Under the pieces are notes generated by a model. That model was not told where the DNA came from, made no database searches, and was given only the letters and a program-made list of their open reading frames with translations. A program made the translations under genes and the position numbers. 64,000 nt of DNA from positions 4,599-68,598 of the IMG/VR virus record IMGVR_UViG_3300043630_000001; one strand, written 5' to 3'. Of this stretch, positions 28,474 through 36,458 are shown in pieces; position 1 is the stretch's first letter, and each line of letters starts with the position of its first letter. Source of the DNA: a virus. Its lineage: Duplodnaviria; Caudoviricetes.

Positions 28474-28719
28474 ATGCTACAAATCGCTTCTGCCATTCTT
28501 GCTATTATCAACTTTTTGTCACAGAACAAAGAACAGGTTAAGCAGCTGATTCTCAGTATCGAAAACCTGGTACCGGACGCACCAGGTAGTGAGAAAGCCG
28601 CACAGGTTCGGAACTTCATTTCTGCCAGCCTGAACATCGAAGACCAGTTTGAGAAGGCGTGGGCTTTAACCGCCCCCATCTTTAACCATCTGGTAGCAGC
28701 CACAAAATCTCCAAAATAA
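28474..28719 (+). CDS. Small amphipathic protein, last gene of the lysis region
   Basis: SD AAGGA. N-terminal hydrophobic helix. Confidence 0.6.
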   Translation: MLQIASAILAIINFLSQNKEQVKQLILSIENLVPDAPGSEKAAQVRNFISASLNIEDQFEKAWALTAPIFNHLVAATKSPK

Positions 28720-28750
28720 AATAAAGCCCGCACTAAGCGGGCTTTATTTT
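28718..28750. terminator. Bidirectional intrinsic terminator between the late and replication arms
   Basis: AAAATAAAGCCCGC-ACTAA-GCGGGCTTTATTTT. Confidence 0.9.
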
Positions 28751-28955
28751 ATCCTTCGGGCTGTACTGATTTCCTCTTCCGCCAGGCCTCTGCTGCCGCT
28801 ACGTTAACATAGCCAGACCCTGTGTCAGCCGGCGCAGAGTAATGTACCCCTCGCTCCCAGCCCCCGTCGTGCACCCGCTTGTGCACGGTAGCAGCCTTTT
28901 CCCCTGTGAGTTTGCAGTACTCGGCCAAGGGCACCCAACCTTCAATATTCTCCAT
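28749..28955 (-). CDS. Excisionase-like winged-HTH protein
   Basis: WVPLAEYCKLTGEKAATVHKRVHDGGWERGVHY...YVNVAAAEAW is a typical Xis-like signature. Confidence 0.65.
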   Translation of the reverse strand: MENIEGWVPLAEYCKLTGEKAATVHKRVHDGGWERGVHYSAPADTGSGYVNVAAAEAWRKRKSVQPEG

Positions 28956-28957
28956 CG

Positions 28958-31048
28958 CTATTCTCCTAAACGAATCATGTTATCAGCGTAAGCATCACAC
29001 TGGTCGCTGTGAGTTACCATCAACACTTGAGGGAATCCGCACTTAGCAATCATGCCCAGCATAGCAGCTTCACGTCGGTCATCGCAAGCTGCTGCCATTT
29101 CGTCCAAGATCATGAAATTGGAATTAGGCAAGAAGGTTTTGGTCAGCGCTGTCCGAATAGCCAAGCCGAGAGCGTCCTCTGCTGACCCGGACAGACCCTT
29201 GGCAGACTTGCCGTTCACTTTGAAGCCGTCAGCATCTTTTGTCACAGTAGACTGGAAACCGCGAATGTCTGAGAAGTAAGTCGTGACCGCAGCTAAAACC
29301 ATACCCCAAATCTTGTCAGTGATTTGCGGCCTGGCTTCACGCACCTTTTTCATGAGCGCGTTATTGGATTGTTGCTCCAGTAAGTCGGCCTTAGCTGACT
29401 GCAGGTCAACCAGAACCTTGGCCGCCTGGTCAGCGCGCTGCTGGTTGCGCGAGTCGATTAATGCCTTAGCGTGAGCCAGTGCTGTGTGTTCAGCCTGCAG
29501 CTTGGACAAGGCAGCGTCAGCTATCTGCTGCGTTTCCACCAAAGCTTCTTGTTCAACAATCTTTTGCTGCAGCTTCTGTTCGTCGATGCCTCGCATGGCT
29601 TCTTCTGCCGCTACGATCTGCTGTGACAGTTTGATCACCTCCGCTCCGGCGTTGGCTACCTTCACGTCATGCTGAAGGTGAGCCTGGCGCAACGCCTTCA
29701 AGTCGGCTAAGTCTTTACTGACGTCTCTGCCTATTTCAGGCAACTCGCTTACCCACGTTGCCCGGTGAGGCACGAAACTGTAGTCCAGCAAGATGTTGCT
29801 GCCGAAGCCGTTGTGCGTAACTGACATCACAAAATGACTTCTCAGCACGCTCTCAAGTTCTTTAAGTGTGCTCTGCAGAGACTTGACCGCCTCGCTACTA
29901 GCCGACCCCTCAAGTTTCGCAGAAGATATCTTGTTGGCCAATTCCGAGTTATGCGTGGCCACCTCTGGTACGTTCTGCAGGTCTTTGCCACAAAACGCAC
30001 AGGACGTTTCTTTGATCAACCGGCCTTCCAGCGTATTGACCAGCAAGGTGGAAGTCTGGTGGGTCTCCTGGGCCTTGAGCCAGGCGTCTCTGGTGGAAGC
30101 AATCTCGGCGTTCAAGGCTTCCAGGCTACCTTCCCACTCCATAGCCGGCGCAGAAATTTTACCGAAAGCCGTGTGCTCAGCATGCAGACGCTCAGCAGAA
30201 GCTAAGTCTGCAACCAAACTTTGCAGCTTGCCTATGTCCGCCTCACTGGGGCATGCGCTTTCCAGCACAGCTTCTGCTATCAGCTTCTTCTCTGCCAGGC
30301 TGCTCAACCACACCTCATGCTTCGACTTGTGGTTTGCCAGCGTTTGGAGCTTTGAGCGGGCTTCAGCTAAACCTGCCATGTCTATTTTCGCTTTGCTGAC
30401 CTCAAGCATGGCCTGCTTTTCTGCGACTTCTTCTGCTTTCCTACTCAGGCTCTCTGAAACTTCCAGTGTGCTTTCCATCTCCGGATCGGCGCAGGCTGCT
30501 GCCAAGGCGTCTATCCGGCCCTCCAGGCTCTTTGTGTTCCCGGATGGTAGTTCGGTATCGATCAAGTCGATGATGTCGTCCAGCAGGCTAAAGTCCGCCA
30601 AGGTTTCGATCAACTGGCCGACAGCAGTAGGCCCGTCGCCCAGTACACCGCTGAGCTCTTTCTGGCGAGCAATCATCAGTTTGTTGGCCAGCTTCGCGCT
30701 GGTACCGAAAAGGTTCTCAATAAACTTGGTGACCTCCGTCTGTCCGGTGACACGTTCTTTGCCAAAGGTCAGCTCAGCACCGGACTTGCCACGGTACACA
30801 CTGTAGTTAACGCCTCCGAACTCGAAGTCAAGTTCCACTTTCAGCTTAGCCACCGGTACGTCATAACTGACGATTTCTTCTAAGGGCTGAGACAAGGCAG
30901 ACGACCCGAACAGAGCGTAACTAATTGCCAAAAGCACACCGCTCTTTCCGGCCTCATTGGCCCCACGTATGGCGTTCAGGCCAGGTGTGAAATTAATTTC
31001 CAGATCAGTATGCTGACGGAAACACGTCAGTTTAAGTTTTTGCAGCAT
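28958..31048 (-). CDS. sbcC: SbcC/Rad50-like SMC ATPase
   Basis: Walker A GANEAGKS, coiled coils with zinc hook CAFC, signature LSGSAE, Walker B ILDE, H-loop VTH. Confidence 0.9.
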   Translation of the reverse strand: MLQKLKLTCFRQHTDLEINFTPGLNAIRGANEAGKSGVLLAISYALFGSSALSQPLEEIVSYDVPVAKLKVELDFEFGGVNYSVYRGKSGAELTFGKERVTGQTEVTKFIENLFGTSAKLANKLMIARQKELSGVLGDGPTAVGQLIETLADFSLLDDIIDLIDTELPSGNTKSLEGRIDALAAACADPEMESTLEVSESLSRKAEEVAEKQAMLEVSKAKIDMAGLAEARSKLQTLANHKSKHEVWLSSLAEKKLIAEAVLESACPSEADIGKLQSLVADLASAERLHAEHTAFGKISAPAMEWEGSLEALNAEIASTRDAWLKAQETHQTSTLLVNTLEGRLIKETSCAFCGKDLQNVPEVATHNSELANKISSAKLEGSASSEAVKSLQSTLKELESVLRSHFVMSVTHNGFGSNILLDYSFVPHRATWVSELPEIGRDVSKDLADLKALRQAHLQHDVKVANAGAEVIKLSQQIVAAEEAMRGIDEQKLQQKIVEQEALVETQQIADAALSKLQAEHTALAHAKALIDSRNQQRADQAAKVLVDLQSAKADLLEQQSNNALMKKVREARPQITDKIWGMVLAAVTTYFSDIRGFQSTVTKDADGFKVNGKSAKGLSGSAEDALGLAIRTALTKTFLPNSNFMILDEMAAACDDRREAAMLGMIAKCGFPQVLMVTHSDQCDAYADNMIRLGE

Positions 31049-32078
31049 TGCGTTTCTCCAGTAGCTTTACAACTTTAACGCCTTCGGCTGGCGTCAGAAT
31101 TTCAAGCAAAGCATTCAATACATTAAAACTGCTGATCTGCTCGTGACTCAAGTTCAACTCTTCTGAGTCATCCTGGCCATCGATCTTGACGGCAGAAGAT
31201 ATAATTAAAGCTTTAGACTTTTGCCGGAACTGTGCCAGAGTGGTGATAACCTGCGCAGCTTCGGCAGTTGTCGCTGTACCCACTACACGAACAAACCTTG
31301 CCCCAGTGTCCTGCAATTCCTGCCAAGGTAGATCTATGTAGTCACCTTCAGCTTTCCAGGTCTCTATGAACTCAATACCTGCATCAGTGATCTTCAGCAT
31401 CCGCTTGGTAACATTACCCAAGCAGTCACTTATTGAAGAAGGCCGGGCATTGCCTACAACAAGAACCTTGCCGCTCATCGCTGTGCGTCCGATGTGCTCA
31501 TGACTAAAGACAGCCGTTTCAACAGGCATCTCAGCCACCTGAGCTTCAGATATAGATAATGAGTGGTCAGACTGCTCAGCAAACACATTCGCAAAATTAG
31601 CGTGGAAGAAAGCATACCTGCACTTTGGTATTTTCTTTAGCTCAAGTTCGAGGGTATCTTGGTTGCTGACATGAGGCACTACATAGCAACCATCACCTAT
31701 ATTGGTGCCTTCCACAATGTGTGTAACCTGCAAGGGGTAAGCATCTGACAGCAACTTGGCCAGAAATTGGTAGCTGGAAAAGTTTGTCGAATTTTTACTG
31801 AGATCATGGTTGCCGTTTGGTAATATTAATCGTTTACCGTTGCGTTCCAGCCACGCAGATAGCATCTGAAAAACCTGAGCAAGGTCTGACATAGGTATGC
31901 TGGCTGTGTCAAACAAGTCACCATTTAGGAGCAAGTCACCGTCAACAGCAATGTTACATAGCATGTCTTTGAATTCCTGTAGAAGTTCTTGGCGTAGCTG
32001 GTAGCTGGTGGCAGGGGTGCAACCAGCTACCCTATTCACGCCCAGGTGCCAGTCTGAAGTTTTGTATAGCGGAGTCAT
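31032..32078 (-). CDS. sbcD: SbcD/Mre11-like metallophosphoesterase nuclease
   Basis: SDWHLG, NGDLFD, GNHD, FHAN and SHEH motifs. Confidence 0.9.
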   Translation of the reverse strand: MTPLYKTSDWHLGVNRVAGCTPATSYQLRQELLQEFKDMLCNIAVDGDLLLNGDLFDTASIPMSDLAQVFQMLSAWLERNGKRLILPNGNHDLSKNSTNFSSYQFLAKLLSDAYPLQVTHIVEGTNIGDGCYVVPHVSNQDTLELELKKIPKCRYAFFHANFANVFAEQSDHSLSISEAQVAEMPVETAVFSHEHIGRTAMSGKVLVVGNARPSSISDCLGNVTKRMLKITDAGIEFIETWKAEGDYIDLPWQELQDTGARFVRVVGTATTAEAAQVITTLAQFRQKSKALIISSAVKIDGQDDSEELNLSHEQISSFNVLNALLEILTPAEGVKVVKLLEKRNAAKT

Positions 32079-32080
32079 GC

Positions 32081-32795
32081 TTAGGGCCTTTTCTTAGATT
32101 TAGGGTCGTGTACTATTTTAAATAATTTTTGCTGTTCAGCAGTCAACGCTAAGGCTTCGGTTAAAGCCCAGCCTAATCGTCTAAACCTAGACTGCACAGT
32201 TTGATAGTTTAAGTTGAGATGCCTCACTAGTTGCATTAAGCACCACTCTTCCCCAGCGTACACTATACGGATGTTCAACCGAGTGTTTGAATTTTGTAGG
32301 CTTTTCTTCCACCAAGAGCAGTTATCTTTAGCGTAACCTTTATTGTTATCAATTCTCTCTAACGTGTAACTTTTTGGGCAGACGCCCATATCTCCTATAA
32401 AAACTTCAAAGCTACTCCACTCAGGGTCGATGGTTATTCCCCTGCCTCCATAATTGTTGTAGGCATCGGATTTTGGATTTAGGCACCGACCCCCGCATAC
32501 CTACCCAAATATCGTGAGTCCTTCTTTGTTCAACAGTTGACCCTTTTGCCGTAGAGCCATGCTGTCTTCTCAGGTTTGCCGCGGTATCGGGCTGGAGGCA
32601 TCCACATGATTTAGTTGTTCCGTAGGTCATTCGGTGCAAGGGTATAGCTACTTCTTTACCGCAAGTGCAACGTGCTTTCCAGGTTACACGGTCCCGCTTA
32701 TCTCTTGGCCCTCTGCCTAAAATAGTTAAACGGCCAAAGACTTTACCAACCCATTCAGCTTCTGGCTTTAGTATCACTCCTCGTCTACCACCCAT
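32081..32795 (-). pseudogene. HNH homing endonuclease split by a +1 frameshift
   Basis: 5' part FGRLTILG...CTCG...TKSCGC...WVGMRG. Removing one G of the G5 run (32490-32494) continues RCLNPKSDAYNNYGGRGI...DMG...TLERIDNNKGY. The span is 715 nt = 238 codons + 1. Confidence 0.85.
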
Positions 32796-32811
32796 ACAAC
32801 CTCCAAACAAA

Positions 32812-32914
32812 AAGCCTTCTGTTCTCCCCTCGGCTTGCGCCGTTGGCCGACACCCTAGTAGACGCAGGAGAGAACAGAAGGCTTACTAGAAATTCGCGGC
32901 CAAGCGAATTTCTA
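32812..32914 (-). terminator. Double hairpin element between the resolvase and the HNH gene
   Basis: 11-bp stem (32887-32897/32904-32914), then a 15-bp stem (32812-32826/32870-32884) followed on the - strand by a T tract. Confidence 0.65.
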
Positions 32915-33394
32915 TTATAGTCCAAACTCCTCTAGTAGCTTAGCGTACAGATCCTTGTTGTCAAAACTCTGCCGGCCTGCCAAGTCCCAACTCCCGCTGG
33001 GTGTGAGCACATTCCGTTGCCGGAAAAACGAGAGAGGAAGCAGCCACCAAGTCTTCCGCTCCTTGCAGCATACCAGTATCACGACTTGGCTGCCGGCCAG
33101 CTCACGCTTATGCGCCCGGGCAATAGAATCAACCGCGAAGTTCTTGTAAGGCAGACGGCTACCCTTGGCTAACTCTTTCACCTCCATCAGGAAGTTGTAG
33201 CTGATGGAGTGCCCTACTAAGTCGTCCGTTTCTTTGTAGAACGCCTGGAAGTCCCCCGGCACTGTAACGGCGCTGCCAGCACGCGCGTCCGGGATGCGGT
33301 TAAATGTAAAGTTCAGGAAATCGCTTTCCATCTTTTTCAAGACCTTGCGAACTTCGGTTTCACTCCACTTGCCGCGATCAGATGTGCTCATCAT
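32915..33394 (-). CDS. PD-(D/E)XK nuclease, Holliday junction resolvase-like (T5 D14/RecU-like)
   Basis: RGKWSE..., PGDF..., LMEVKE motif. Adjacent to SbcCD. Confidence 0.7.
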   Translation of the reverse strand: MMSTSDRGKWSETEVRKVLKKMESDFLNFTFNRIPDARAGSAVTVPGDFQAFYKETDDLVGHSISYNFLMEVKELAKGSRLPYKNFAVDSIARAHKRELAGSQVVILVCCKERKTWWLLPLSFFRQRNVLTPSGSWDLAGRQSFDNKDLYAKLLEEFGL

Positions 33395-33457
33395 TATCCT
33401 TTTTCGGTGGACCTTGCCACCACATGTTTATCAAAATTAACCAGATAGAAAACAGGC

Positions 33458-33760
33458 TCATAGTTCCACCTCCGGCCACTCAAATGTTATGTGAACAAAC
33501 ATTGCAGCTTTGCTGCGCCGGTACCCAGTCATCTTCCCACCGCTACGCACAGGTTCCCAGAGACTAGGTGTTACCTGAATGTTCAAGATATAAATATACA
33601 GGTCTTCAGGAAGGCCAAGGTCCATCGGGTCACATGCCATGCTTACAGACCGCATGTGCATGTGTGGCCTGGCCTCCTTCACTTTCCAACTAAAGTTCGG
33701 AGTACCTTGTCTCTGTACGCTAACTACCCAGCTGTCAAACACACCGTTAAGTCTACTCAT
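33458..33760 (-). CDS. Hypothetical protein
   Basis: ORF tiles with neighbours on the - strand. Confidence 0.5.
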   Translation of the reverse strand: MSRLNGVFDSWVVSVQRQGTPNFSWKVKEARPHMHMRSVSMACDPMDLGLPEDLYIYILNIQVTPSLWEPVRSGGKMTGYRRSKAAMFVHITFEWPEVEL

Positions 33761-34214
33761 TGTGCACCTTAGGAGTAATGGCCAGCGGGAACTGGAAGAT
33801 TACCGCAGTGCTCGGCTCAGACTGAACTCTGGCCCGAAAGTCCTCCCCAGTAACGTACCGCACCGTTCTCCATTCGTTACGCGGCATGAGGTGGTACACG
33901 TGTAAAAACTTTTCAATTATCTCCTGGCTCAGACCTTCCGTAGCTGCCTCCAAAGAAACCTTGTAAGGGAAGGTCAAGCTGTATGTGGCAAAGCCTCTTG
34001 CAGCTTCCACAGAAGCCTTGAAGGCTTTCGGCAATCCCTTGGGTTTGCCGCTTGCCATGACCCTAGCCCAGGCATAGCCTGTCCAGTATGCTTCTTCTTC
34101 TGCTTTGGCCTCAGCCTCCTGAAGCTTCAGCAAGCCTTCCCACCAGAGCTTGAATCTTTCGTGCGCAGGGTAAGGTACCGTAATGTAATTAGGCGCTTGC
34201 ATAGCCACCTGCAT
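33753..34214 (-). CDS. Hypothetical protein
   Basis: 153-aa ORF tiling on the - strand. Confidence 0.55.
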   Translation of the reverse strand: MQVAMQAPNYITVPYPAHERFKLWWEGLLKLQEAEAKAEEEAYWTGYAWARVMASGKPKGLPKAFKASVEAARGFATYSLTFPYKVSLEAATEGLSQEIIEKFLHVYHLMPRNEWRTVRYVTGEDFRARVQSEPSTAVIFQFPLAITPKVHNE

Positions 34215-34238
34215 TAGTAGTAACAGTTATGGTAAGCA

Positions 34239-34574
34239 TTAATCCCTCCAAGGATCAGGACTCTCGTCCCATTCGTCATCACGATCTAAAAGCACGCGAG
34301 AACGTCTATAGACATAGGTGAGTAACCCTTGAAATTGTTTAAGCATTGAAGGGCCGCAAAAGTGCGTATATTCAAGCTTGATGTCGCAACACTCATCCCA
34401 CTTAATATAGCCAGTCAACAGAGTTTCACCCTGACCTCCTTCATCAGGGAAAGTGTGAGTCACTCTGAAGTTAGCCCAGTGAGACGAGTAGGCCCACTCA
34501 ATACGTAGACCTGCTTTGTCTTCCTGAAGCTTTTCCCAAGGACCATCGCTATCTTCAAATGTTGGCCAGGTCAT
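34239..34574 (-). CDS. Hypothetical protein
   Basis: 111-aa acidic ORF tiling on the - strand. Confidence 0.55.
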   Translation of the reverse strand: MTWPTFEDSDGPWEKLQEDKAGLRIEWAYSSHWANFRVTHTFPDEGGQGETLLTGYIKWDECCDIKLEYTHFCGPSMLKQFQGLLTYVYRRSRVLLDRDDEWDESPDPWRD

Positions 34575-34612
34575 ATCACACCGCCATGTATTGTCTCATC
34601 TGTTTCTCCGTC

Positions 34613-34846
34613 CTATTTCAGGGGAATGAAAGTAGTATCTGGTGTTGAGCAAGTTATACCAGGATCATCAGCCAGTTGGCACCAACCAGTCGTCTGGTAC
34701 CCTTCTGTGTCGCTCTTCCGAGACTCGTGAAAATTTATGCGACCCTCCACAGTTCGTCCGAGGCTCTTCTCCACATGAGTCTTCACAATCTGCTGCAACT
34801 CCTCTGCAGAAATCACCACCCTGTCCAGCGTTCTTTCGAGTTTCAT
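34613..34846 (-). CDS. Hypothetical protein
   Basis: SD GGAG upstream. Confidence 0.5.
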   Translation of the reverse strand: MKLERTLDRVVISAEELQQIVKTHVEKSLGRTVEGRINFHESRKSDTEGYQTTGWCQLADDPGITCSTPDTTFIPLK

Positions 34847-34857
34847 CTTATTTCTCC

Positions 34858-35355
34858 TTAATCACTACCACAACTGCCACTGTCGGAACTGCTCGAACCA
34901 CCCGAGGCATTCGAGCTACAGGAGTCACTCGACGCAGACAGGCTCGCTGCGTCAGGACTTGGCCAGTTCGATTCAGGGCTACTGCGTAAGTCTCTGAATC
35001 GCCTTCTAGCTTCTGTGCTATCGTCGTTCTTTCTCACAGGTCTGACGGCCTGTCGAGGCAAGATGCCTTCAAACGCTTTCTGCATGTCGTCCGTATCTTT
35101 AGTGAACGCCCCCGGCTGTTTGCGTGCTGGAGCGTCTGGGCTACTTAAGGCGTCACACATGCGCCGAGAAGCTACAAGCTGCTCTGCCAAGTTGCGCAAT
35201 TCCTGTCTGTAAATGGCGTTTCGCTGCTGCTCGTCAACCTTCCTCGCTTTCAGTTCCCTCCTTAAGTGGAGATTGAGGCTGAAACTATAAATGCAGCCGG
35301 CTGTGGCCAAGATGACGATAACTATTAAAGGCAGTAAGCCTATGAACTCGTTCAT
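34858..35355 (-). CDS. Membrane-anchored protein with a Ser/Gly/Cys-rich C-terminal tail
   Basis: N-terminal TM (FIGLLPLIVIVILATAGCIY). C-terminus SDSCSSNASGGSSSSDSGSCGSD. ATGA-coupled to the ligase. Confidence 0.6.
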   Translation of the reverse strand: MNEFIGLLPLIVIVILATAGCIYSFSLNLHLRRELKARKVDEQQRNAIYRQELRNLAEQLVASRRMCDALSSPDAPARKQPGAFTKDTDDMQKAFEGILPRQAVRPVRKNDDSTEARRRFRDLRSSPESNWPSPDAASLSASSDSCSSNASGGSSSSDSGSCGSD

Positions 35356-36239
35356 GATTTCTCCATGTCAGAAGCATCGCGGAAGCCAAGGAATGTTGGA
35401 AATCTTGGCAGGTCTTTCACGCCCACAGGGAAGTGCTTGTACTTCACAATACGCCCAGTGAGGCCTTCGTCCCAGAACTGCTGACGCTGAGCTTTCGAGA
35501 AGCCAGAGCCAATATGGAAAGACACGCCAGTGGTCAAGTCCTTGACTTGAATAGCTCCCAGCGTACCCTTGCCTACCAAACCTTCTCTGGCACTGGAGCG
35601 TTCCGACTGCCCAAGTTCGTTGGTTGTTTTCTCATTGGTGTTTTCCATTTCTTCCACCATGCCAATGACTTCAGCTTCGCTATCAGCAAAGCGCTTTACC
35701 TTGAGCAGGATCTGCTCCTTGGCAGTAGACCGGCCAAACTTGTACCGGCCATCAGGTTCACGGAGCATGATGCCTTCATGGCCCTCTGCCAGCGCTTCAG
35801 CCTCCATCTCATCCAGTTGCTCACGAGATGTGATCAGCATGTGCTTAAGTACAGTAACTGGTCCCTGGCCATCGTAACGAGATGCATTAGTCAGCCGAGT
35901 ATGAAAGTGCAAGTCCTGAGTGGCGCCAGTGATACGGTCAAACACAAAGAACTTGAAGTCTGGCTCACCATCGTGCGACATCACCGCGCTGTTGGTCTTA
36001 CTGTAGCACTGCGGGTCTGTCGCGTCAGCGCACAGGATTTCACCGTCGAGGCCGTCATACTCAGGCTTCGACAGCGTTTCCCTGATGTACTTGTTCGGTA
36101 TTGGCTTTAAGCTGCGGGTGACAGCACAACCGTTGATAATGATGCAGCGGATGCCATCCAGCTTCACGCTGGCCAGCTTTGGATAAGCCAACTTGTCGAG
36201 TTCGGCTTCAGTTGCCAGAAGCGGTTTAAAATTTTGCAT
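35352..36239 (-). CDS. ATP-dependent DNA ligase
   Basis: Motif I KLDGIR, LDGEI, FFVFD, EGIMLR, LKVK, and OB domain IGSGFS...RFPTFLGFR. Confidence 0.95.
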   Translation of the reverse strand: MQNFKPLLATEAELDKLAYPKLASVKLDGIRCIIINGCAVTRSLKPIPNKYIRETLSKPEYDGLDGEILCADATDPQCYSKTNSAVMSHDGEPDFKFFVFDRITGATQDLHFHTRLTNASRYDGQGPVTVLKHMLITSREQLDEMEAEALAEGHEGIMLREPDGRYKFGRSTAKEQILLKVKRFADSEAEVIGMVEEMENTNEKTTNELGQSERSSAREGLVGKGTLGAIQVKDLTTGVSFHIGSGFSKAQRQQFWDEGLTGRIVKYKHFPVGVKDLPRFPTFLGFRDASDMEKS

Positions 36240-36241
36240 AG

Positions 36242-36458
36242 TTACTCCTCTTTAAAGTCGTCGGCTACAACCTGCAGCCGTTCACGGATGTCTTCGTCTT
36301 CGATTTCGCTCTGCCTTTGCTGCCAGGCGTTCACGTTTATGTACTGGTCAACTCGTCCAGCCACCAAGTTGTTCAGATAGCTGGGAGACAAAGCGTCCAA
36401 TTCCCTCACCGTGTTTAGCTTGGTAGTTAGTCAACCGGCTATCTGTCACCTTGCACAT
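36242..36458 (-). pseudogene. Truncated, frameshifted relic of a TOPRIM (TopoVI-A/Spo11-like) phage protein C-terminus
   Basis: KVTDSRLTNYQAKHGE [shift at ~36404] ELDALSPSYLNNLV. The span is 217 nt = 72 codons + 1. Confidence 0.55.

Noticed and set aside
29052-30806. + strand ORFs, including the 312-aa ORF 29868-30806, opposite sbcC
   Set aside because: Ser/Ala-rich antisense shadow of a coiled-coil gene, lying beyond the + arm terminator.
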